In this document: in pieces, positions 11,786 to 23,809 of the stretch
Layout of the letters: each line of letters starts with the position of its first letter
Position numbering within the stretch: the stretch's first letter is position 1
Program-made: the position numbers and the translations under genes
Notes under the pieces: generated by a model
Database searches by the model: none
The model's input: the letters and a program-made list of their open reading frames with translations, nothing else
What the model was told of the DNA's origin: nothing
Assembly (NCBI RefSeq): GCF_963921235.1
Contig: NC_086097.1
Location: 176,268,001 to 176,332,000, forward strand
Origin: Mobula hypostoma
Lineage: Eukaryota
DNA: 64,000 bases
Direction of reading: 5' to 3'

Positions 11786-14700
11786 TTTTTCTTTCTTTTT
11801 AAATCTTTTTATTAAATTAGTACACAAAAGGTAAACCATGTAGACACTAATACACTGATGCAATATAAATTTGCAAGAGATATTAATACACAAAAAAAAG
11901 TTAGTACAAACAGTGCAGTTTAGATATAAAATAACAAGGTAATATAATAGTATACTAATTTTCCATACATATCAATAAAGAGAAGAAAAAACCCCAAACC
12001 CCCCCCCCAAAAAAACCCACCGTGCAACTAATCTAAAAAGCAAAGCAAAGCAATGGGCTAACTAGGTATCAAGTAGACTTAAACAACTTAAAACAATCAC
12101 GTCCTCAAACCCGACCTCCATTAAAAACAGTTAAAAAAGCAAGAAGGGAATGTAAATATGGGCAAAGACAAAAAAAATTACATTAAATGAAAATGTTGAA
12201 TAAAAGATCTCCAAGTCTGTTCAAATTTAACTGAAGTATCATAAAGATTACTTCTGATTTTCTCCAAATTTAAACATAGTATCATCTGAGAAAACCAAAA
12301 GAACATAGTTGGAGCATTAATCTCCTTCCAATGTTGTAAAATACATCTTTTCGCCATTAAAGTAAGAAATGCAATCATTCTACGGGCTGAAGGGGAAAGA
12401 TTACTGGAAATTTTAGGTAATCCAAAGATAGCAGTAATAGGATGGGGAGAAATATCTATATTCAATACCTTTGAAATAATATTAAAAATGTCTTTCCAAA
12501 AAGTTTCCAAAGTAGGACAGGACCAAAACATATGAGTTAAAGAGGCTATCTCCCCATGACATCTGTCACAAAGAGAGTTGATATGAGAATAAAAACGAGC
12601 TAATTTATCTTTAGACATATGTGCTCTATGAACAACTTTAAATTGAATTAGGGAATGTTTGGAACAGATAGAGGAAGTATTGACTAGTTGTAAAATATGC
12701 GCCCAGTCATCCGTCGAGATAATAAAGCCCAATTCCTTTTCCCAATCGGACCTAATCTTATCAAATGGAGCTTTCCTAAGTTTCATGATAGTATTATAAA
12801 TAATAGCCGTTACACCTTTCTGACATGGGTTAAGGTTAATTATAGTATCTAAAATATATGTAGGAGGTAATGTCGGAAAGGAAGAGAGTATAGTACTTAG
12901 GAAATTTCTAACTTGGAGATATCTAAAAAAATGTATTCTTGGTAAGTTATATTTGTTAGATAATTGTTCAAAAGATATAAGGGAGCCATCTAAAAATAAA
13001 TCCAAAAACCGTGATATACCATTAGTCTTCCAAATTTAAAAGGCACGGTCCGTGGAAGAGGGGGGAAAGAATATGTTGCCTAAAATAGGAATCGCAAGCC
13101 CAAATTGATTAAGATGGAAAAATTTTCGGAATTGAAACCAAATACGTAAGGTACATTTAACTATCGGGTTACAAACCTGTTTGTGGCGTTTCAAATCGAA
13201 AGGAAGAGAAGAACCTAAAATGGAGCCAAGTGCATAACCTTGAGCAGATTGTAATTCCAATACTACCCATTTAGGAATGGATAGTGTATCTTGGTCATGT
13301 AACCAAAATTTCATGTGTCGAATATTAATTGCCCAGTAATAGGATCTAAAGTTAGGTAATGCCAAACCTCCATCTCTCTTAGCTTTCTGTTGATGTATTC
13401 TACCCAATCTCAGGTTTTTATTTTGCCAAATAAATGAAGAAATTTTAGAGTCAACTTTGTCGAAAAAGGATTTTGGAACAAAAGTCGGTAGTGCCTGAAA
13501 TACATATAAAAGTTTTGGCAGAATAAACATCTTAACAGCATTAACATGACCAATCAAAGTTAAATAAAGTGGAGACCATTTAAATGAAAGTTGAGTAATG
13601 TGATCAATTAAGGGTAGGAAATTAGTCTTAAATAAATCCTTGTGTTTACAGGTAATTTTAATCCCAAGATATGAAAAATGGTCATTAACCAATTTAAACG
13701 GGAGGTTCTGATATAAGGGAACTTGCTTATTAATCGCGAAAAGTTCACTCTTACTGAGATTTAACTTATAACCTGAAAAAAGACTAAATTGTGCTGATAA
13801 ATCTAAAGCAGCAGGAACAGATTTTTGAGGATTAGAAATATATAAAAGTAAGTCATCAGCATAAAGTGATACTTTATGAGACTTTAAACACCGAGTTATC
13901 CCAATAATATTTGGAGATTCTCGAATAGCAATTGCAAGAGGTTCTAATGCAATATCAAATAATAAAGGACTAAGAGGACAACCTTGTCTGCTACCTCGAA
14001 AAAGAGGAAAAAAAGGTGAGTTTAAAGAGTTAGTACGAACTGAGGCCATAGGAGAATGATATAACAATTTGATCCAGGATATAAATTTCAGGCTGAAATT
14101 AAACATTTCAAGCACCTTAAATAAGTAAGGCCATTCGACTCTGTCGAAGGCGTTTTCAGCGTTTAAGGAAATGACGCATTCAGGATCATTTTGTGACAGG
14201 GTATAGACAATGTTTAACAGTGTACAGATATTATAAAAAGAGTAACAACCTTTAATAAAACCCGTTTGGTCTTCTGAAATAATATAAGGAAGTGCTTTTT
14301 CTAATCTGTTTGCTAATAATTTAGAAAAAATTTTAGAGTCAACATTTAATAGGGATATCGGTCTATAAGATGCACATTGAGCAGGATCTTTATCCTTCTT
14401 TAATATTAAAGAGATCGATGCTCTATAGAAGGATTCGGGAAGTTTACCAAGTTTTAATGAGGCCTCCAGAACCCTGAATAACCAAGGGATTAATGAGGAT
14501 GCAAAAAATTTATAAAATTCCGCGGTAAACCCATCAGGACCAGGAGCTTTCCCTGGGTTCATAGAAAAAGTAACATTCTTAATCTCATCAGTGGTAAAGG
14601 AAGAGTCTAACATAGAAGATATATCATGTGAAATCTTAGGGAAATCTAGGTTATCTAAAAAGTCATACATATGTTTAGAGTCTCGTGGAGACTCTGATTG

Positions 14701-17624
14701 ATATAAGGAGGAATAAAAGTCAAAAAAAGATTGATTAATCTCAGCTTGATCAAATATAAGTTGATCTTTTTGATTATAAATCTGATTAATTTGAAATTTA
14801 GTAGAGTTAGTCTTCAACTGATTAGCCAACAGTTTACCAACTTTGTCACTATGTATATAAAATTCGCTTCTTGTTTTCATTAATTGATTTGCAATCGAGG
14901 ACAAAAGTAATAAACTGTGTTTTGAAGTTCAGTTCTTTGTTTACACAACTTCTCAGAGGGAGCTGTGGCATATTTCTTATCAATATCCTTAATCTTGTCC
15001 ACAATAACCAGCTCCTCCTCCTTCAACCTCTTCCTCAAAGCAGCAGAATACGAGATGATCTGACCACAAATATAAGCTTTAAAAGTATCCCAAAGGGTGT
15101 TCATGGATATATTCTCTGTAAAGTTGATTGTAAAAAAGAGATCAATCTGTTCATTCATGAAGTTAACAAAATCCAAGTCCTGAAGCAACAGCGAATTAAA
15201 ACGTCATTGTCTATTATTTTGTGTATTGGCCGATATTTTAATAGAAAGCTTAAGTGGAGCATGATCCGAAATGGTTATAGAGTCATATTCACATTTAACC
15301 ACTGAAGAAATAAGACAAGAGTCAATAAAAAATTATCAATTCTTGAATAGGAATGATGAACATGTGAAAAAAAAGAAAAATCTTTTTCCTGAGGATGCAA
15401 AAAATGCCAAATGTCCGTCGACCCAGAATCTGAGAGAAATGAATTAATCAAAGTTGCAGATTTATTAGGTAGAGTCCGTAAAGGAGCCGAACGGTCCAAT
15501 AAAGGGGAAAAACAAGTATTAAGATCCCCACCCCAGATTAGTGAAAACTCATTCAAATTCGGGAACAAATTAAATGATGATTTATAAAATTCCGGACAGT
15601 CCATGTTGGGAGCATAGACATTAACCAAAACTACCTTTTTTATTAAAGAGTAAACCACTAACCAATAGAAATCTACCATTCGGATCAGAAATAATATTGT
15701 TTTGTACAAAAGTGATTGAGTGATCTATAAAAATAGAAACTCCTCGAATTTTAGCGTTGGAATTCGAATGGAAGTGATGATTCTTCCAGAACTTAAAAAA
15801 ACGTAGTCTGTCCCCCCTCCGCACATGGGTCTCTTATAAAAATAGAATATGTGCTTTAAGTCTCCGGAATACTTTAAAGCCTTTTTTCCTTTTAATTGGA
15901 TGATTAAGACCGTTAATATTCCAAGAGACAAAATTAATAGTAGACTCCATAATCCCTAAAGTCAACCCTCAAATAAAGGAGGATTGACAATAGGTTCGAC
16001 CCACGAACTGGGAAAGGGAACAGAATAAACAAGAGATAACGGGAGAGAGAACGCGACCAATACTTTGGTAATATAAGTAGCCCAAAAAGAAAGAAAAACT
16101 AAAAAGTGAAGCCCCCCCACTTCTGCCCCCCGTATCCCCAAAGCTAAATCTAAGATAGACCAGCCAGAAAGAAGCGAGCACTAGAACTACCCCCATGACT
16201 TCCAATAGACGCTCACTAAAAAAAAGAGTACATATAAAACGATCAGCTAAAGTTATAAAACAATAAAGGAATTTTTAAAAAGTACACCGATTAAAACGAA
16301 AACGATATAATACAAAGAAAAAACAGGTACATATAAAGAAAACCGTTAACCTACAACAGACCGTATAATTAAACAAGAAAATGAAATATTAGCATAGACT
16401 AGCCAAGAAAACTACAAAAAGTACATTTGAAAACTACCAAGTTTAAGGCCTCCAGGGATATACGTAAAATGATGCTGAGGGAATAGCCACCCAGAATCCC
16501 CAGGGAAGAAGAAAGGAATGATGCAGTTAAAAAAAAGTTTGGCAATCATATTAATTAAACCGAAAAAAACTTTTCTGCCCTCATATAAAGCAAAAAAAAA
16601 TTAAACCCAACAGATTAACTGCCTCTGATCAAACAGAGATGATTTAATAGTGTGATTAAGATGTTGAAGGCAAGAATTGATCCAGATAACTCTGGGCTTC
16701 TGATGGAGAGTCGAAAAAACGGGAAGACCCATCAGACAATCGAATCCTCAAACGTGCGGGATAAAGCAAAACTGGTTTTAAATCCATCTTGTAGAATTCC
16801 AACATCACAGATCTGTAACGGACACGTTGATCACGAACTTGTTTACTAAAATCTGCCACCAATCGAAAGCGAAGATCCGTGAAATCAATGTAACCTTTAG
16901 GACGAGCAAAGCGAAGCAACTTCTCCTTGTCTTCAAACTAATGAAATCGTAAAATAACATGCCGAGGTTTATCTGACTTAGGCGAATATAATGGGACTCT
17001 GTGAGCCCGATCCAATAGTGGTGGTTGATCAGGAAATAAGGTGGGAAATGAATCTTTTAAAAGTTGAGAGAAAAACTTTATAGGGTCATCAGATTCAGCG
17101 GCTTCACGAATACCAATAATTCGAATGTTCTGTCGTTGCATTCTGCATTCTTAAGTCAGAATTTTTAGTCAGAAAGTCAAGTTTTTTCTTCATTACAGTA
17201 ATTGTTTCTTCAATTTTCCCCCATCTTGAGTCCATTTTGTTGCGTGGATACTTGGAGATTAGATATAGCAGTCTGATGTTCCGTGATAGATGTTTTCATT
17301 TTATCAATTTCATCGATAATTTTCTGCAGTTTAGTTGAAATTTCCGCACGAATCAGATCCGATATAGCGTGCATAGTTACCGCTGGTTCAATCGGAGGGG
17401 GGTCGGTAACTTTCGGTCTAACCGGAGGTTTGCTGTCTTTCCCGTTCTTAGACGTAGTGGACCTTAAAAGCATCCAAATATATAATAGCAATCCGCTGCA
17501 AGGCATTGTAAGAATCGGTGCCTTAAAAGTTAGCTTAAATATAGCTGATCATAGGATAAAGCTCAGAGATAATGGAGCGAGTCAAGAACACGACTTCACT
17601 CCATGAGCTCTACCAGAAGTCTCC
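11786..17624 (-). mobile_element. Full-length L1-clade LINE (L1 #1): ORF1 ~16656-17475, ORF2 12178-15950, disrupted
   Basis: ORF1 RQNIRIIGI..LDRAHR; ORF2 SWNINGLN..ETH, RQGCPLSP, LYADD, C-terminal CDRC..HMFWSC; polyA and AATAAA; 11-bp TSD TCTGCATTTTG 11775-11785/17625-17635. Confidence 0.92.
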
Positions 17625-19710
17625 TCTGCATTTTGGATATAGATTTGGACTGTAGCATATATTTCAGTTCTTTTATGTAATTTACATTTGTTTTTCATCT
17701 TTTTCTTTTCCAATATTTTTATTAATTTACATATAAGAATACAGAGCACAGGAAAAAAAAATATCAATACATTATACTAAATCGCATATGAAGACTCCTT
17801 ACACTATATTCATACAGGTTAATTAATTTGAAGCATTGAAATATAGTAATTTTATTATATAAAAAAATCTAATACACTACCAAGACCGAAGCTGATTAGT
17901 AAAGAAAAAAAAATGGAAAAAAAAATTATTAGTCATCATCTGTGCTTTAACAACAAATCAAAGGTTTTGAAAATAATTCAGAAAAAGTCCCCACAATGTT
18001 TGAAAGTCTTGACTAGATTCAGAGACTGAGCATCGAATCTTCTCTAAATTTAAACAAAACATCACATCACGTAACCATTGGGCGTGAATAGGAGGGGCCG
18101 CATCTTTCCATTTAAGCAAGAGCGTCCTTCTGGCCATAAGAGGAATAAAAGCCAAATGTGCAAGTCAGATGACTCCAAAATAATATCCTTTCCTCCAACA
18201 ATACCAAATAAAGCGGTCAAAGGATTATTCTTAAAGTTTACTTTAATAAATATCGAGAAAGTTTGAAATACTTCTTTCCAATATTTTCCAAGACTCGGGC
18301 ATGTCCAAAACATATGAATGAGTGAAGCTTCTCCATTATTACATTTATCACAATACAGAGATATATCTAAATAAAAACGAGACAACTTATCCTTGGTCAT
18401 ATGGGCCCTCTGGACCACTTTAAATTGTAGGAGGGAGTGGCGTGCACATAACGATGAAGTGTTAACCAATTCAAAAATTTGATTCCAAGTTTCCTCAGAA
18501 ATTGAAGTCTGTAAATCTTGTTCCCAAAGATTTTTAATTTTATCTGAAGGAACACTTCTCAGTCCCAGCAACATATTATAAATATTAGATATAGATCCAT
18601 TATAAAAAGGTTTCAAATTAAAAATTACATCTTGTAGATTCTTATCAGAACTTTTAGGAAATGTACTTATTTGAGACCGTAAAAAATCTCTTATTTGTAG
18701 GTATCGAAAAAAATGAGTTTTAGGTAAACTGCATTTAGTTGACAGTTGTTCAAACGAAAAGAGATTTCCCTCTACAAACAAGTCCTGAAAGCATTTAATA
18801 CCTAATCTATCCCATTCTTTAAAAGCCATATCAATCATAGAGGGTTTAAAAAAAAATGCAAAAAAAACGGGACTCAAAAGAGAAAATCTCAATAAGCCAA
18901 AGTATTTTCGGAATTGTATCCAAATTCTCATAGTGTGTTTAACTACCAGATTATCAGTTAACTTACTCAGAGACAAAGGGAGTGAGGATCCAAGAAGAGA
19001 AATAATAGAAAATTTATTAACATAGTCAGTTTCTAAAGAAACTGACATCGGGCAATCCTCACGATGTATGTAATATAACTAGAATGTAAGATTTCTTATA
19101 CTAACTGCCCAATAATAAAATCTAAAGTTTGGTAAAGCTAATCCTCCATTCTTTTTATCTTTCTGAAGATAAACGTTATTTAATCTAGAACACTTATCAA
19201 GAGAATCAAAAAAAAATTTAGGAATAAAAACCGGCAATGCCCGAAAAAGATACGTAAATTTAGGTAATATATTCATTTTGATAGAATTAATTCGACCAAT
19301 CAGCGATAATGAAAGAGGCGACCAATTTAATAGTATCCTTTTTACGTGATTCAATAGGATAAGAAAAGTTTCTTTAAATAGACATTTATAGTTTTTAGTG
19401 ATTGTTATACCTAAGTAGGTAAATTGGTTTCTTACAATTTTAAAAGGAAGGTTAGAGTTTGTTGGTATCAAATTGTTCAAAGGGAAAAATTCACTTTTAT
19501 GCAGCTTTAATTTATAACCTGAGAACTGGCTAAAAGAGGAGAGTAAAGAAAGCACATGGGATAATGAAGTCTCAACATTAGAAATAAATAGCAGCAAATC
19601 ATCAGCATACAGCAAGACGTTGTGAATAGTGTCTCTCCTTAAAATACCGGAAATATTAATAGAGTCTCAAAAGGCAATGGCTAAGGGTTCTAAGGCCAGA
19701 TCGAAAAGCA

Positions 19711-21660
19711 CCCAAATATTCTGGGTTTGAAGGTGGGACGTATTGAAACACTTATTAGTTTATATGCTGACGATGTGATACTCTAATTACAAAACTCAGA
19801 AAAGTCAGTCCCTCTTCTAGATTTAATCACCTGTTTTGGCAGACTATCGGGATACTCAGTCAATTGGACAAAAAGTGACTTTGTGCCCCTCTCCAATGAC
19901 TACACGTGGGGTTTTTTGAAAAATGTACCGTTCAAAGTAGTTAAAGATCACTTTACTTATTTCGGCTTGACAATCACCGAAGATCCTAAATTAATATTCA
20001 AATTAAGCTTCGCAGAGTTTACTTCAAATCTTAAACAGAATATAGAAAGTTGGAAAACCCTACCCCTGTCCATGATTGGTCGTATAAATTCAATTAAAAT
20101 GGTTTCCCTTCTTGGGTTTCTCTATCTTTGTCAAAATCTCCCCATTTTTCTTATATCAGCTTTCTTTAAAGTGTTGGACTCCATAATATTGTCTTATATC
20201 TGGAATTATAAGAATCACAGGATCTTGAAAATTTATTTACAAAAACCCAAGTCTGAAGGAGGGCTGGGATTACCTGTATTTAGACACTATTATTGGGCTG
20301 TCAATGCTAGGGCTTTAATGTTTTGGCAACAGGGGACTCCGGATAACCTAGCCCTGCCCCTGGGGCTCCCTTGCGGCTATGTGTGGAGTCCAACTCTGTT
20401 GTCAATTCCTCCCTGCCAGCCATGCTGTTCTCCAAGTTAGAGAAGCCTGGGACTTCAAAAAGTTTGAGTTTTGTTTCGAAAAATTCCATCAGAATTCTAA
20501 ATCAGATTAGGAGCATTCTGAATTTACCAGAGACCTCTGTACTAACACCAATCTGTTTCAATCGCTCCTTTCTACCCTCATGTTCAGATAAAACCTACCA
20601 TGCTTGGAGGGAGAAGGGTCTAGTTTCTACCTGTACATAGAGGGATGGTTTGCAACATTTAGTCTGCTGAAAGAGAAATTTGAGCTGCCACATTTGCACT
20701 TCTTTCATTACTTACAAATTAGACACTACATTCAATCTAAGATTTGTAATTTTGAAATCCTTCCAGGGAAACATATATTTTTTGACATTTTAAGGAACCC
20801 TCCTGACTCCAGGCATCTCATTTCTAAGTTTGTAGGTTTGTTTGATAATTGCACTGTAGCGTCCACTGTGAAGATTAGAGACGCCTGGAGAGAGGAGTTG
20901 GGCATTGAATTATCTGAAGCTGCCTGGGATAAGTGTTTGTCTATGATACAGGCTTGATCTGTTAACAGCAGGCACCAAATGGTCCAGTTTAAAGTTGTCC
21001 CCCGTCTCCATTACTCTAAACTTAGATTGCACAGGATTTACCCTTCTATCTCGCCAATGTGTGATAGATGCCAAGGGACGGAAGCCACGTTGTCACACAC
21101 CTTTTGGTTTTGCCTATTGTTGACTGGATTTTGGTCCAAAATATTCGACTAGTACTCAAAGGCCTATAAAAGATCCTTCCCCTTGGAAGATGGTCTCGCT
21201 GTATTTGGCTGCTTGCAATCTACTATTTGTTTCCCTGTAGCCATACAACAGTCTCTGATGCTGGGGATGATTGTTGCCAAAAGACTTACCTTGATGGAAT
21301 GGAAATCGCCTTCTCCCCCTTCCTTTCGGAGATGGATGGCTGATATGATCTCAGTCATACAGATGGAGAAACTTAGGCTCTTGAGAACCAATTCAATTAA
21401 AAAATTTTTGGCTATCTGGGATCCATTTCTTGCCTACCTGGACGAGGCCGGGGGCAGATGAGCAATTTCCCCCCAGCCGATTTCTCACGGCCCTCATTTG
21501 AGATTTGATGTTTAGTATTTTTGAGCACTTTGTACAAGAGGCATCCCTCTAATGTTATGTCTCTTTTTGCTTATTTCATTTTTATACATGTCTGAGCTGG
21601 TATGTTCTTGTTGATTGCATTGTTTTTTTTTAAATTTTGAAAATAAAGTATTTAAAAAAA
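19711..21660 (+). mobile_element. 5'-truncated L1 #3 in opposite orientation, inside L1 #2
   Basis: ISLYADDV, LSMIGRINSIKM, GGLGLP.F..YYWA, C-terminal WKSPSPP; AATAAA 21642-21647 and A7 tail. Confidence 0.85.
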
Positions 21661-22396
21661 GGAGAATAAATAACATTTAATAACTGATGAATATAAAAGT
21701 GAGAATATCGATTTTTAATAAATCCAGTTTGGTTATCAGAAATGACAGATGATAAAATATTTTCAGTCCTATGGGCCAAAACTTTAGATAGGATCTTAGT
21801 ATCAACATTAATTAAAGAAATTGGTCTATAAGAAGAGCATTCAGTTGGATCCTTATTCCTTTTAAGAATGAGCGAAATGGAAGCCTCATGAAAAGACTGA
21901 GGGAGTCTGCCCGACTTAAATAAATCTGAGAAAACTGAATATAAATGAGGTATAAGCAACGAGGAAAATGTCTTGTAAAATTCTCCAGAAAATCCACCTG
22001 GACCCAGAGCTTTCCTCAAACGTAATGAGCGCACAGCCTCAACAATTTCCTCAAAAGAAATAGGTTGTTCCGACAACTTTCTGTTGTCGGCAGAAATTGT
22101 AGGAATGTTTAGTTGATCTAAAAAATTGTTCATTACAGTGTTATCCTTAGAAGATTCAGAACTATAGAATTTAGAGTAAAATTCTCTAAAAATATCATTT
22201 ATTTCTAAATAATCAGTTGTCCTATCACGATCAGTTTTGCATATTTCTTTAATCTGCTGTTTAGCTATAAAGGTTTTAATTAGATCAGCCAAAAATTTAA
22301 CCGTTTTATCTCCATGAATATAAAATTGACTTTTATCTTTTAGGAGTTGGGATCCAATTGGAAAGTTAAAAGGAGATCATATTTAGTTTTAGTTTC

Positions 22397-23809
22397 TTTT
22401 TTTTGTAATTTATTTTTTATTGAATTTCATCATCAAACAAACATTTCCGTAAGATGTAATTCAGATACTGTACATATATATCATATAGTCATATTTGTCA
22501 CAAATCTCCACATAATATTTATCTGAACTAAACACTTATAGAAAGGAGAGGAAAGAAAGAACAATCAAAAGAAGAAAACTATGTACAGACTAGGGAGTGA
22601 TCTTTTTTTACAACATATTCATTGGCTTGTGAGAATAAAATCAGGCCTATGAGGTGTTATGCAGTTAAACCATTTTTTCCAGTATGAATAAAATTGTTCC
22701 AACTTATGATTAACAGATGCTGTTATCTTCTCCATTTTGTAAATGTCCATTGTAATTTCTATCCATACCTTTAGAGTTGGGCTCTCCTGTGATAACCATT
22801 TCCTGGTAAGGGTCTTTTTACCAGCCACCAGCAGTACATTCATTAAATATTTATCTCTTTTCAACCATTCTTGAAGTATATACCCAAAATATATGGTCTT
22901 AATCTCAAAGGGTATTTCACATTTAAAAATGTCTTGTAAGGCATTATGTATCCCACTCCAATAGTCTTTGATAAAGGGGCATTCCCAGAAAATATGATAA
23001 TGGTTTGCATTTTGGTTTCCACAATTTCTCCAGCAAACAGTGGGGTTATTATCATAATGGGATTTCTGAGAGGGTGTAATAAAATATCCTATCAAGTTTT
23101 TCTGCCCGAACTCCCTCCATTTCCGTGAACTGGTACACTTCCACTTCCATTGATACCTCCATATTATTATCCAGTCTTCCTCAGATATTATTATCCCTCC
23201 TTCCTTCTCCCATTTTCTTTTAATGTATGAAGCCGAATGTGTTTTAAGATTTGACAAACCCTTATACACGCTTGAAATGATTTTACTACCATTGTCTGAA
23301 TTATATGCTTTTCTAAATAGCTCTATCAGACATGTACTTGGCTTGGTTACGTTTTTAACCGTCCTATTAACATACTGTCGCATCTGTAAATACTGGTAAA
23401 AGTCTTGTTTTTCTAACAAGTGTTTCTCTTTGAGCATTTCAAAACTGAACAGTGTTCCTTCTTTCATTATATTTCAAATAGCTGTTATTCCTTTAGCTGT
23501 CCAGTCCTTAAATCTAGCATCCAGTTTATTTGGAGTAAAATCCAAGTCATATGCACACCATTTAAGAATTGCAATGTCTCTCTCTAGTTTATATTCTTTT
23601 ATAATAGTTTTCCATATCTCAAGAGTCCATTTCACCCACGGGTTGTCAATATTATTTATGTAACTTTGTAGGTTGTTATCAGTTAAAATTTCCTGTATGG
23701 GGATGGCAGGTATCCTCTCCTCAATGTTTTTCCATTGAGCGTCATATGATAGGTTGCACCAGCTTATCACAGCTGTCAACTGTGCTGCAAAATAATAATC
23801 TCTAAGAGA
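22397..23809 (-). mobile_element. 5'-truncated L1 #4 inside L1 #2
   Basis: LRDYYFAAQL, CWRNCG..HIFWECP; polyA; 16-bp TSD ATTTAGTTTTAGTTTC 22381-22396/23810-23825. Confidence 0.9.

Noticed and set aside
19711..21660. Twin-priming inversion of L1 #2
   Set aside because: The segment duplicates RT/C-terminal regions already present in L1 #2 with different sequence and has its own polyA
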